DNA of 64,000 nucleotides from a virus (Duplodnaviria > Caudoviricetes). The notes under the pieces are model-generated. The model had not been told where the DNA came from. It saw nothing but the letters and a program-made list of their open reading frames with translations, and did no database searches. The stretch lies in IMG/VR virus record IMGVR_UViG_3300026085_000093, positions 172,367 to 236,366 of that record, one strand, 5' to 3'. Positions within the stretch are counted from its first letter, which is position 1; each line of letters begins with the position of its first letter. This document shows, piece by piece, positions 30,379-40,056 of the stretch. A program made the position numbers and the translations under genes.

Positions 30379-30833
30379 TGTCTACATACGAAAACATAAC
30401 AGTAGTCAATGATAGTAATTTAGACACACGAAGAACTTTTAATTCATTCTTTGATAAATCACTTCATTACAACTCATCAGATATTGATGCAGTAATTGGG
30501 TTTTTTGTAAAAAGAGGATTTGAAGAACTTTCTTCTATAAGCATAGCATCAGTTATACTTTCACAAGCAAAAGCGGACGGAATACCTGTTTTTGATTTAT
30601 TAGATACCTTAAAGGGTTATGATAAGGTACAATTAACAAATTTAGTAGCAGTTATATTAAATAACAGTAGAAGTTCTATAACAAAATTAGGATTTAAGGC
30701 AGATATAGATGTAGCAAATAATTTTGAAGCACGGAACGTTGATAGCTTTAATTTTCCATTGTTACCAGAACCCACAGAAGAAACAAGTGGATACATAACT
30801 CCGGGATATGTTGCCCCTGGATATGTAGCGTAG
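30378..30833 (+). CDS. Hypothetical protein (C-terminus YITPGYVAPGYVA)
   Basis: Translationally coupled ORF in the structural cluster. Confidence 0.7.
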   Translation: MSTYENITVVNDSNLDTRRTFNSFFDKSLHYNSSDIDAVIGFFVKRGFEELSSISIASVILSQAKADGIPVFDLLDTLKGYDKVQLTNLVAVILNNSRSSITKLGFKADIDVANNFEARNVDSFNFPLLPEPTEETSGYITPGYVAPGYVA

Positions 30834-30843
30834 GAGAAATAAA

Positions 30844-32565
30844 ATGGCAATTACGTTAAGAACAGTCAAAGGATCGACACTTACATTTGACGAATTAGAC
30901 GGTAACTTTACCGATCTTAATACTCGTGTTATTGCATTAGAAGGCGGCACACTTGCAAGTCTATCTGATGTTGCAAGTGTAGCACCAAATGTAGGCGAAG
31001 TGTTAAAATGGAACGGTGACGAATGGGCACCAGCAGCCGGCGGCGGCACGGATGCAGACACCCTAAATGGACAAGACGGTTCGTACTATCTAGATTGGGC
31101 AAACGTAACAGGTGCTCCGACAATTCCAACAGATATCAATCAGTTAAGCGATGTATCAAGTTTATTGTTTAGCGGTGTATATAACGACTTGACGGGTACT
31201 CCTACTATTCCTACAGATATTGCTCAACTTAATGATGCAAGTGATTTGTTATTTGACGGATTATATAGTAGTCTTACTGGCAAGCCTACAATTCCAACAG
31301 ATATAAACCAATTGACTGATGCAAGCAATCTTTTATTCGACGGTTCCTATTCTAGTTTAACAGGAAAACCTACTGTTCCTACAAGTATACAAGATTTAAG
31401 TGATGTTGCAGGTGATGCAAGTACAACCGCACTTACAGGACAAGTTTTGAAATGGAATGGGTTTGAATGGGCAGCAGCAGACGATGTAACATCAGGAGGA
31501 GGCGGCTTAGATGCTAGTACTCTTAACGGACAACCAGGTAGTTATTACATAGATTATACAAATTTTGTAAATGTTCCTAACATTCCTGCAGATGTTAATG
31601 ATTTAACTGACAACAGTAGTTTACTTTTCAGTGGATCATTTAATGATTTAGTAGATGTTCCTCCAATTCCTGACATTGCAAATTTTGAATTTTCTGCAAA
31701 CACAATTGATACAGACGACTCTAGTCAAATTATTATTGTTCCTAGTGTTAACTTCCAAAGCGGAATATATGTAGATGATGTTGTAAACTGTGCAGATTTA
31801 GAAATTCAAGGTACTGGACCATTCTATCTTAGAGCAGGTAATGATCTTATTCTAGCGGCTACAAATAGAACACAAGTAACTTCTCCGTTGAATTTAAATA
31901 ATGTTACTACTACAGAAAGAAATGCATTACTAGCAACAGATGGTGATGTAATTTATAATACTACTACATCAAGTATAGAAGTTTATGATGGATTAGCATG
32001 GGTAGCATTAGGTGCGTCAGGTGGCGGCTTAACAGATATTGTACAAGATACAACTCCACAATTAGGTGGTACGTTAGATGCTAACCTTAACGACATTGAC
32101 ATGGGCACAAACATAATTACTGATGCAAAAGTAGGACAATGGGACACTGCATTTGGATGGGGAGATCACAGCACAGCAGGATATGTTAGTGCAGCATCTC
32201 CAACTGTTACAAACGATATTACTATGGACGGTGCTGTTACAAGACATATTTTTGATGTTGTAGATGACGGACTAAACACAGCATTTACAATAAGTGACAG
32301 TGGAAATAATTGGTTTCCGGTAGCAGAAGATAATCCTGTACTATATCTAAGACGTGGTGAAAGATATGATTTTTCAGTAAATGCAACAGGACATCCATTT
32401 GATATTAGAGTAAGCAACGGCGGTGCGCAATATAACACAGGTGTGACAGGAAATGGCACTGCTGTAGGAACTGTTAGTTTTACAGTTCCAATGAGTGCTC
32501 CTAGCACACTTTACTACCAATGTCAAAACCATTCTGTAATGGGTAACACAATAAACATTATTTAA
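30844..32565 (+). CDS. Fibre-like structural protein with 28-aa tandem repeats and a C-terminal cupredoxin-like domain
   Basis: MAITLRTVKGSTLTFDELDGNF N-terminus; LLFxGxYxxLTGxPTIPTDIxQLxDxS repeats; HPF...YYQCQNHSVMG. Confidence 0.7.
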   Translation: MAITLRTVKGSTLTFDELDGNFTDLNTRVIALEGGTLASLSDVASVAPNVGEVLKWNGDEWAPAAGGGTDADTLNGQDGSYYLDWANVTGAPTIPTDINQLSDVSSLLFSGVYNDLTGTPTIPTDIAQLNDASDLLFDGLYSSLTGKPTIPTDINQLTDASNLLFDGSYSSLTGKPTVPTSIQDLSDVAGDASTTALTGQVLKWNGFEWAAADDVTSGGGGLDASTLNGQPGSYYIDYTNFVNVPNIPADVNDLTDNSSLLFSGSFNDLVDVPPIPDIANFEFSANTIDTDDSSQIIIVPSVNFQSGIYVDDVVNCADLEIQGTGPFYLRAGNDLILAATNRTQVTSPLNLNNVTTTERNALLATDGDVIYNTTTSSIEVYDGLAWVALGASGGGLTDIVQDTTPQLGGTLDANLNDIDMGTNIITDAKVGQWDTAFGWGDHSTAGYVSAASPTVTNDITMDGAVTRHIFDVVDDGLNTAFTISDSGNNWFPVAEDNPVLYLRRGERYDFSVNATGHPFDIRVSNGGAQYNTGVTGNGTAVGTVSFTVPMSAPSTLYYQCQNHSVMGNTINII

Positions 32566-32574
32566 GGACATACC

Positions 32575-34134
32575 ATGAGTGAAAAAGAATATATTGTAAC
32601 ATTAAACAAAGGTGTAGATCCTGCTAGTTTTGCAGCAGAAATGACACAAAGTACAGGCTCATCTACTGTTCCTAATAGAAGTGTTGATGTTGCAAATGCA
32701 AGATTAGCAAGTCAACGTAACACTCACTATGTTTTGTCTGAAGCAGAAGCAGAAGCACTTAAAAATGATTCTAGAGTAATGGATGTAGCAGTGCCACCTG
32801 ATCAAGATGATACATTACAAATTGGACATTTTGCAACACAAGATGCTAACTGGCAAAAGACAAGTAGCGACACAGGTGATTACACAAACTGGGGGTTGTA
32901 TCGTTGTCATTTTGCAAATAATCCTTATCCTAACACATTGGACGCAACACCTAATTCTACCGAACCGTTTAGATATAGTTTAGATGGATCAGGTGTAGAT
33001 GTTGTTATTCAAGACAGTGGATTGCAAATGGATCATCCTGAATTTACGGATGAATTTGGCGGGTATAGAACACAAGCAATTGATTGGTATGATGGATTTA
33101 GCGGCGGCGGCACTCAAAGTGTAAATCATTATAGAGATTACAATGGGCATGGCACACACTGTGGAGGTATTGCAGCAGGTAAAACATACGGCTGGGCAAA
33201 AGCAGCAGAAATTTATAGTGTAAAAGTTAGCGGCTTGGAAGGTTCTGGCGACAGTGGCACTGGTATTAGTGTCACTGATTGCTTTGATGTTATTAAAGAA
33301 TGGCACACAAATAAACCTGTAAGTCCTAGTACTGGCAAGAAAAGACCAACTGTTGTAAACATGAGTTGGGGATATGGTAGAAGTTACACAAGCGTAAGTG
33401 AAATAAACTATAGAGGTGTTTCAGAAACAGGCGCAGCCATCGCAACTACATCACAATGGTACGATTTTGGTTTAGTGCCTAATCTAATAGGATTGTCAAC
33501 TTATCGAACAAACGTGCGGATTGCTAGTGTAGACGCAGATGTAGAAGAACTAATAGATGCAGGAGTTCATGTTTGTATTGCAGCAGGAAATAGAGCACAT
33601 AAGGTAGATATAAGTGGTGGTTTAGATTATGATAATTTTGCTGTGCTTAGTAGCGGTACAACATACTATCATAGAGGAAGTTCACCATATAGCACACGAG
33701 CATTAATGACAGGTAATGTAGAAGCAGACATGCATAACGATACATTAGAAAAATTAAGATCCTCTTCTGAAAAAGGTCCAGGTGTTGATATCTATGCACC
33801 AGGTTCAGATATTATGAGTGCTTGTAGTACAACAAATGAATTTACAACAGGCGCTTATCATTTGAACAGTGCTTATAGACAAATGAATATTAGCGGAACT
33901 AGTATGGCCGCACCACAAGTTTGTGGTGTAATTGCTACTATACTGCAAGCAAATCCAGGAGCAACACCTGAACAAATAAGAAATTATATTCATAATAACG
34001 CACAGACTGGAAAACTTTATACTGATGGTACTACAGACAATTACACAGACACATCTGGTATATTAAATGGTCCTAATAGATTTTTATATACACCATTCAA
34101 CCTATCTATAGTAGGACAAATAGGTAGAACATAA
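32575..34134 (+). CDS. Subtilisin-like serine protease (S8) with N-terminal prodomain
   Basis: Catalytic triad D147 (VVIQDSG), H192 (GHGTHCGG), S443 (GTSMAAP); oxyanion motif AAGN. Confidence 0.9.
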   Translation: MSEKEYIVTLNKGVDPASFAAEMTQSTGSSTVPNRSVDVANARLASQRNTHYVLSEAEAEALKNDSRVMDVAVPPDQDDTLQIGHFATQDANWQKTSSDTGDYTNWGLYRCHFANNPYPNTLDATPNSTEPFRYSLDGSGVDVVIQDSGLQMDHPEFTDEFGGYRTQAIDWYDGFSGGGTQSVNHYRDYNGHGTHCGGIAAGKTYGWAKAAEIYSVKVSGLEGSGDSGTGISVTDCFDVIKEWHTNKPVSPSTGKKRPTVVNMSWGYGRSYTSVSEINYRGVSETGAAIATTSQWYDFGLVPNLIGLSTYRTNVRIASVDADVEELIDAGVHVCIAAGNRAHKVDISGGLDYDNFAVLSSGTTYYHRGSSPYSTRALMTGNVEADMHNDTLEKLRSSSEKGPGVDIYAPGSDIMSACSTTNEFTTGAYHLNSAYRQMNISGTSMAAPQVCGVIATILQANPGATPEQIRNYIHNNAQTGKLYTDGTTDNYTDTSGILNGPNRFLYTPFNLSIVGQIGRT

Positions 34135-34571
34135 TGACCAAATATGCTCAGGGTAAATTCAGGCCAAAAAACCCTGACAAGTATATAGGCGGATCAATGC
34201 CAACTTATAGAAGTAGTTGGGAATTTCACTTTATGAAGTTTTGCGATGAGAATCCAAGTATATACAAGTGGGCTAGTGAAGCAATAAAGATTCCGTATAG
34301 AAATCCTTTCACTGGCAAACAAACAATTTATGTTCCTGACTTTTTTATACACTATGTAGATCAAAACGGTAAACAAAAAACAGAATTAATAGAAATTAAG
34401 CCTGAAATGCATACATTAAAAGAAAAAACAGGACGTAATAGAAGAAATCAATTGCATTGGGCATTGAATCAAGTAAAATGGGAAGCGGCTAGAAACTATT
34501 GTAAATCTAAAGGAATTGCTTTTAGAATCATAACTGAAAAAGATATGTTCCACACAGGGAATAGGCGCTAA
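34134..34571 (+). CDS. gp4: Head completion nuclease (T4 gp4-like, PD-(D/E)xK fold)
   Basis: QGKFRPKNPDKY.G, YRSSWE..FM.FCD.NP, WASE..KIPY, YVPDF, EIKP, NQVKWEAA. Confidence 0.85.
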   Translation: MTKYAQGKFRPKNPDKYIGGSMPTYRSSWEFHFMKFCDENPSIYKWASEAIKIPYRNPFTGKQTIYVPDFFIHYVDQNGKQKTELIEIKPEMHTLKEKTGRNRRNQLHWALNQVKWEAARNYCKSKGIAFRIITEKDMFHTGNRR

Positions 34572-34578
34572 ATATTAT

Positions 34579-35076
34579 ATGAATAAAAAACTAGAAGATC
34601 TTTTAAACTTGCCAGATTCAAAAGAAATAATCAAAGAGCAAGAACGTCGACAAAGAAAAGAAGACAAACAGGCACTTGTACAACAAGAGCAAACTTTTCG
34701 TGACATAGAAGAATTTGATAAAATAGCAAGTGCATTACCCGCTGTTAAAGGCCTAGGGGAAATGGCAGATAAAGAATTAAACGAAGTAGCAGATAGAGCT
34801 ATGCAAGCATACGAAGATCTAATGGATTTGGGTATGAATGTTGAGTCACGTTATTCTGGTAGAGTATTTGAAGTTGCAGGTGCAATGCTTAAAACCAACC
34901 TAGATGCAAAAACTGCTAAAATTGATAAAAAATTAAAAATGATAGAATTGCAACTTAAGAAGCAAAAACTAGATAGCGATACTGTCGACCATGGATTTAC
35001 AGAAGGTGACGGCTATGTTGTGACTGATAGAAATAGCCTACTAGAAAAGTTAAAAGGCATGGATAAGGATAAATAA
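34579..35076 (+). CDS. Probable terminase small subunit (gp16-like)
   Basis: Helical; GRVFEVAGAMLKT resembles the gp16 PRAYEVxxxLxKT segment; lies upstream of terL; GCTAAATA at 34567-34574. Confidence 0.5.
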   Translation: MNKKLEDLLNLPDSKEIIKEQERRQRKEDKQALVQQEQTFRDIEEFDKIASALPAVKGLGEMADKELNEVADRAMQAYEDLMDLGMNVESRYSGRVFEVAGAMLKTNLDAKTAKIDKKLKMIELQLKKQKLDSDTVDHGFTEGDGYVVTDRNSLLEKLKGMDKDK

Positions 35077-35099
35077 TACTAGTAACAGGATCCATTACT

Positions 35100-35645
35100 A
35101 TGAAACAATTTAAAGAATATTTAACAGAAGCCAAGAAAACCTATCCTTTTAAAATAGGAGTAGCAGGTGATTTGGCTGATGATTTTGAATCTAAAATGAA
35201 AGCGTGTTTAGGAAAATTTGAAGTAGCAAATTGCAGCGCAGGCAAAAAAACACCTATTCAAGAACGTCCATTAGATTTTCCACAACTAGAAAACATGGAA
35301 GTAACTTATTGGGAGTGTGAATTAGGCTATCCAACTACCACTTTAGTTTTACAAGAATACATTGAAAAATGCTGTTCATGCCAGCCAGGATACGTAATTG
35401 TACGCAGTCCAGGAGAAGCACAAGAACAATACCAAGAACAAGTAGAAGAAAAAACATATGAGCCTATGCTAACTAAAGAAGAATTAGAAGGCGAATCTGC
35501 ACAAGATCAAGTAGGCGAAAAAAGAATAATGGATCTTTTAAAAGAATTAGAAACGGCTCGTAAAGAAAAAGACGAAGGCAATGCTCACAAAGCAGAACCA
35601 GTTAAAGAAGAGCCACAAAACACAGAAAGTGTAATAGGAGGTTAG
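35100..35645 (+). CDS. Hypothetical, possibly head-associated protein
   Basis: [11 protein letters not shown]-terminus; late box at 35068-35075. Confidence 0.65.
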   Translation: MKQFKEYLTEAKKTYPFKIGVAGDLADDFESKMKACLGKFEVANCSAGKKTPIQERPLDFPQLENMEVTYWECELGYPTTTLVLQEYIEKCCSCQPGYVIVRSPGEAQEQYQEQVEEKTYEPMLTKEELEGESAQDQVGEKRIMDLLKELETARKEKDEGNAHKAEPVKEEPQNTESVIGG

Positions 35646-35646
35646 T

Positions 35647-36753
35647 ATGGCTGATCAAAAAATGCTGAACATTTTACAAGGTTTTGACAGCGTTGAAAAG
35701 AAAACTTTAAACGAGTCATTTGTTGTAGAATGTCCACCAGATATGACAGAAGCAGAAGGCCCACTAACAATTAATATTTCTGGTGATACAGAATCGATGG
35801 CACAAGTAATGCAAGCACTAGCAGGCATTAAAGGTGGATCAATGCGTATACCAGCAGCAATGGACGATGATCCAAATATTCCAGGTATCGATGATGTACC
35901 AGACGATATGGATTTAAAAGCAGGAATGTTAGGTAAATTAGGCGGCGCAGCCGTTGGCGGATTAGCAGGCGGTGCATTAGGCGGACTACCTGGTGCAGCA
36001 TTAGGAGCATTAGGCGGCGCAGCAGCAGGTGACGAGATCACAGATGTAGATTACGACGATCCAAACATTCCAGGAAGAGATGGAGATCCAGATGATCAAG
36101 ACCTTTCAGCAGGTGCAATTTCGGACTTTGCAAAAGGTGTAATGGACAAAGGTGCAGAAATTGGTAGCAACGTTGGAAAATCAGTAGGTCAAGCAGCAGG
36201 CGCAGCAATTGGTGCTACAAAAGCAGGACCATTGGGCGCAGCAGGTGGTGCATCAATGGGTGCTACAAAAGGTGCAGAAATTGGTGCAAAAATTGGTAAG
36301 TATGCTCCAGCGGCAGCAGCAGCAGGCGCAGGCGCAGCAGGCGCAGCAGCACTAATGAGAAAAGACAAAGATGAAGAATCAGTTGAAGAATGGGAAAACA
36401 CTCCAGCAGGTTCAGAAGGTGAAGAGTCATACATGGATACACAGTATATGACAAAGGCTCTTTCGAGCGGTCTTAATAGATCTAAAAAAATGTATAAGCC
36501 AGCAGCAGCAGGGGATAATCCAATGGCAACAGAAATGAAGTCTAGGTTACTAGCAGCATTAAATGAAAAGAAAAATAAACTTGATCCAGTTGGTAAAGAA
36601 GACGATGATGTTAACAATGATGGTAAAAAAGATAAAACTGATGACTATCTAAAAAATCGTCGTGAAAAGATAGCAAAAGCTATTTCTAAAGACAAACCAC
36701 AGAAAAACGAACAAGAAGCATTGAACTTGCTAACAAAACTAGCAGGTCTTTAA
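35647..36753 (+). CDS. Low-complexity Gly/Ala-rich protein with glycine-zipper segments, probably head-packaged
   Basis: Two DDPNIPG..D..PDD.DL.AG modules, GxxxG runs, and [28 protein letters not shown] motif. Confidence 0.6.
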   Translation: MADQKMLNILQGFDSVEKKTLNESFVVECPPDMTEAEGPLTINISGDTESMAQVMQALAGIKGGSMRIPAAMDDDPNIPGIDDVPDDMDLKAGMLGKLGGAAVGGLAGGALGGLPGAALGALGGAAAGDEITDVDYDDPNIPGRDGDPDDQDLSAGAISDFAKGVMDKGAEIGSNVGKSVGQAAGAAIGATKAGPLGAAGGASMGATKGAEIGAKIGKYAPAAAAAGAGAAGAAALMRKDKDEESVEEWENTPAGSEGEESYMDTQYMTKALSSGLNRSKKMYKPAAAGDNPMATEMKSRLLAALNEKKNKLDPVGKEDDDVNNDGKKDKTDDYLKNRREKIAKAISKDKPQKNEQEALNLLTKLAGL

Positions 36754-36768
36754 GTCCCCCCAGACATC

Positions 36769-36793
36769 AATAGCGCCTTAGGGCGCTATTTTT
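36769..36793 (+). terminator. Intrinsic terminator AATAGCGCC-TTAG-GGCGCTATTTTT
   Basis: 9-bp perfect stem with U-tract. Confidence 0.85.
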
Positions 36794-36808
36794 GTGGCTA
36801 AATATTGT

Positions 36809-38395
36809 ATGAGCAAATCACTTGATGGCGTATTAGTCAAAAAGGCTAATAAACAAGAAACATATACCGAATCACAAGTACAAGATTTAATGCAATGCAT
36901 GGATCCTGATTTAGGGTATCTATACTTTGCCGAACACTTTGCCTACATTCAGCACCCTGTAAAAGGCAAATTGTTATTTGCACCGTATGAATATCAATTA
37001 CGATTGATGAATAGTTATCATAGTTATAGATTTAATATCAATATGATGCCTAGACAAACAGGCAAAACTACTTGTGCAGCAATATATCTTGCGTGGTACG
37101 CAATGTTTAATCCAGATCAAACTATTCTTATTGCTGCACACAAATACACAGGTGCGCAAGAAATTATGCAACGTATTAGGTATGTATATGAACTTTGTCC
37201 TGATCATATTAGAGCAGGTGTTGTATCCTATAACAAAGGCTCAATAGAATTTGAAAATGGCAGCAGAATAGTAAGTCAGACAACAACAGGCACTACAGGG
37301 CGTGGTATGAGTATTTCATTACTATACTGTGACGAGTTTGCATTTGTGCAACCTAACATTGCAGATGAATTTTGGACTTCGATTTCACCTACACTTGCAA
37401 CAGGCGGTCGTGCTATTATTACAAGCACACCTAACTCAGACGAAGATACATTTGCTAATATTTGGAAACAAGCAGAAGATAAGTTTGACGAATTTGGAAA
37501 CGAAAGCGAAACAGGTAGAAACGGATTTCATAGTTTTCTTGCTAGTTGGGACGAACATCCTGATCGTGATAAAAAGTGGAAAGAAGACGAAATTGGACGT
37601 ATAGGAGAAGAACGTTTTCGTAGAGAATATGGTTGTGAATTTTTGGTATTTGATGAAACACTTATATCAAGTTTACACCTTGCAACTATGGAAGGTATTT
37701 CACCTACTATCAACATGGGGCAAACACGTTGGTATAAAAAGCCTAGTGCCAAATATAACTATGCTATTGCATTAGATCCATCAATGGGCACAGGAGGTGA
37801 TAACGCAGCAATACAAATCGTAGAACTACCTACATATGAACAAGTAGGAGAATGGCAACACAATACAACAGGTATTCCAGGACAAATTAGAGTTCTTAGA
37901 GATATTTGCACGTACTTAGAATCAGAAAGAAAAACTGATAACGGTATATATTGGAGCGTTGAAAATAACGGATTAGGCGAAGCAGCATTGCTTGTTATTT
38001 CTGATCTAGGCGAAGATCAAATACCTGGACTGTTTATAAGTGAACCTATTAGAAAAGGCCACGTTCGTAAATTCCGCAAAGGATTTAACACAACGCACAG
38101 TGCAAAAGTTACTGCATGTGCTAGAATGAAAACTATGATAGAAAACAATAAACTAATTGTTCGTAGCAAACCATTTATATCAGAACTAAAAAACTATGTT
38201 GCAACAGGAAGCAGTTATCAAGCAAAGCCGGGTCAAACAGATGACTTAGTAAGCAGTATGTTACTTGCTTTACGAATGATAAATGTAATGAAAGATTGGG
38301 ATGTAAACATTTACAATTCTTTTTCACAAATGGACGGACCAGGAGAAGAAGACTATGAAATGCCGATGCCTATCTTTATTAGCAGCAACTATTGA
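36809..38395 (+). CDS. gp17: Terminase large subunit (T4 gp17-like); start reassigned to ATG 36809
   Basis: RQTGKTT Walker A, LLYCDEFAF Walker B, IITSTPN, IALDPSMG and DDLV nuclease residues; GCTAAATA at 36797-36804. Confidence 0.95.
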   Translation: MSKSLDGVLVKKANKQETYTESQVQDLMQCMDPDLGYLYFAEHFAYIQHPVKGKLLFAPYEYQLRLMNSYHSYRFNINMMPRQTGKTTCAAIYLAWYAMFNPDQTILIAAHKYTGAQEIMQRIRYVYELCPDHIRAGVVSYNKGSIEFENGSRIVSQTTTGTTGRGMSISLLYCDEFAFVQPNIADEFWTSISPTLATGGRAIITSTPNSDEDTFANIWKQAEDKFDEFGNESETGRNGFHSFLASWDEHPDRDKKWKEDEIGRIGEERFRREYGCEFLVFDETLISSLHLATMEGISPTINMGQTRWYKKPSAKYNYAIALDPSMGTGGDNAAIQIVELPTYEQVGEWQHNTTGIPGQIRVLRDICTYLESERKTDNGIYWSVENNGLGEAALLVISDLGEDQIPGLFISEPIRKGHVRKFRKGFNTTHSAKVTACARMKTMIENNKLIVRSKPFISELKNYVATGSSYQAKPGQTDDLVSSMLLALRMINVMKDWDVNIYNSFSQMDGPGEEDYEMPMPIFISSNY

Positions 38396-38406
38396 TAAAT
38401 AATACT

Positions 38407-39813
38407 ATGCAGAACTTTGACAACATAGCATCTGACCTATTTAATAAAATCAGAGGTCGTTTTCCTAGCGTAACAATCGGCAACGAAAACGGCGAAATAA
38501 CCAACGAACCAAAAGAAGCACGTTTTTTTGATTTTGGTTATTATAACGAAGGACGTGATTTAGGCAAGGTAAGTATCAATTTAGATACTGAAGACGGACT
38601 AGTGGTAATTGTAGGTAGAGACATTGTATCAAATGAAGAGCAAAATGTACAAACAGAATGGTATAACTTTCTAAAAGAATTACGTACATTTGCTAAAAAA
38701 AGGCTTATGAAGTTTTCAGTAAGAGACATTAACAAATCAAATCTAAACAAAAGAGATTATGACTTTTTAGCCACAAATCGCAAATCGGAGAATCCCATGT
38801 CAGAATCGAGAATGTATGGAACTAACAAAACAAGTTATCAAAAAATAGGTAATGCAAGACTTGCTATTAAACATACAGCACCAATTGAAGAAGGCGAAAA
38901 TCGTACTAAAAAAATTGGTGCTATTTACATTGAAAGTGCAGGCGGCGAAAGATTTAAATATCCTTTTAACCATCTAAGCGGTGCGAGAGCAATGGCAAGA
39001 CATGTTAGTGAAGGCGGAAATGCTTATGATTCATTTGGCAAATATATCTCCGGTTTGTCAGAAGAATTAAGTAAACTAAATTCATTTAAAAAGTATATGA
39101 ATCGTTCAAGCGTAATGGCTGAAAGTTTAGCAGGCTATATGGATGTAGTAAGTGAAAGAGTAAACGAAGTTAGAAAAACAATTCAAAATTTACAAAAAGA
39201 ATCATACTATTCACAGGCTGTAGAAAATTTTGTAGAAACAGAAGCAAAAGAAGTTCCAGAAGATATTGCAGATAGCTGGATTGATCAACTTACAATTAAG
39301 CAGTTCAACGAAGAACTAAAAGATGTATTTCCTTATATCTATAACTTAGTAGGCGAATCAATGAAGCCAGAAGAATTAGGTCCAGATGATTTACTAGGCG
39401 AAGAAAGTGCTAGTGTAGAGGCTGAAGAACGTAAGGAAAAAGCAAAACAAGAATCAATCGATGATATGTTAGAAGCAGGAATTGCTGCCCTAATGGGACA
39501 ATTTGCTGAAGGCGAAGATGATATGCCAACAATGACTATTGCTCCGCCCGATCAAGAGCCTATGCAACAAAAACCAAAAACACCAATTGGAGAATTTATT
39601 CTAAGTTATTTTGACAGAGAAACAGGCAAATTTCCAAAAGGCGAGACAGCAGTATTAACTGCGGTGCAAAAAGATTACGGCGACGAATATGTCAAACCTG
39701 CCGCTAAAATGATTAAAAAAGTAGAGGCTATGGTTGCGCAACGTAAGGCTAACGAATTACGTAATAGTATGCATCCTGAAACAGACGCAATCAAAACGTT
39801 AGCAGGAGTTTAG
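38407..39813 (+). CDS. Conserved hypothetical protein downstream of terL; start reassigned to ATG 38407
   Basis: Long ORF; GATAAATA at 38394-38401; contains GERFKYPF.HL.GARAMARHV..GG. Confidence 0.75.
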   Translation: MQNFDNIASDLFNKIRGRFPSVTIGNENGEITNEPKEARFFDFGYYNEGRDLGKVSINLDTEDGLVVIVGRDIVSNEEQNVQTEWYNFLKELRTFAKKRLMKFSVRDINKSNLNKRDYDFLATNRKSENPMSESRMYGTNKTSYQKIGNARLAIKHTAPIEEGENRTKKIGAIYIESAGGERFKYPFNHLSGARAMARHVSEGGNAYDSFGKYISGLSEELSKLNSFKKYMNRSSVMAESLAGYMDVVSERVNEVRKTIQNLQKESYYSQAVENFVETEAKEVPEDIADSWIDQLTIKQFNEELKDVFPYIYNLVGESMKPEELGPDDLLGEESASVEAEERKEKAKQESIDDMLEAGIAALMGQFAEGEDDMPTMTIAPPDQEPMQQKPKTPIGEFILSYFDRETGKFPKGETAVLTAVQKDYGDEYVKPAAKMIKKVEAMVAQRKANELRNSMHPETDAIKTLAGV

Positions 39814-39882
39814 AATTTCTTACAAAAATTCTCTTATTATCGATCTACGCGAAAGATATTAAGACCTTTTTGTAGAAACAGT

Positions 39883-39942
39883 GACAGTGCCAGGGGCTCC
39901 CAACCGTCTGCTTAGGTGGACAAATGAGGCCCCGGCGCAGTC
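39883..39942. ncRNA. Candidate structured RNA or cis-element: 60-nt, about 65% GC extended hairpin
   Basis: Nested stems GAC/GTC, GTGCC/GGCGC, GGGG/CCCC, CTC/GAG and GTCTGC-TTAG-GTGGAC in otherwise AT-rich intergenic DNA; no family recognised. Confidence 0.45.
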
Positions 39943-39966
39943 CAAGTTAAAAAATAAAAAAAACAG

Positions 39967-39995
39967 TTGACAAGATAAATAACTTTGTGTAGTAT
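39967..39995 (+). promoter_or_regulatory. Sigma70-type promoter of gp32
   Basis: A-rich UP element, TTGACA-17 nt-TAGTAT; a GATAAATA box also lies in the spacer. Confidence 0.8.
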
Positions 39996-40056
39996 AAAGA
40001 TAATGTGCTACACATAAAGGCACATAGAACATAGGCATATATAAGGAGGCATTACT

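Noticed and set aside
36794-38406. ORF-track upstream starts for terL (36794) and the next gene (38392), and similar cases at 22671, 22593, 24965, 51090, 56873, 59308, 60151
   Set aside because: These extensions run through promoter boxes or upstream genes; downstream ATGs fit the homologous N-termini and Shine-Dalgarno or promoter spacing better.
39814-39960. Possible tRNA, group I intron remnant, self-cleaving ribozyme or known riboswitch
   Set aside because: No T-arm or cloverleaf; no hammerhead CUGANGA/GAAA, twister, HDV or P7 core recognisable; reported only as an unclassified structure.
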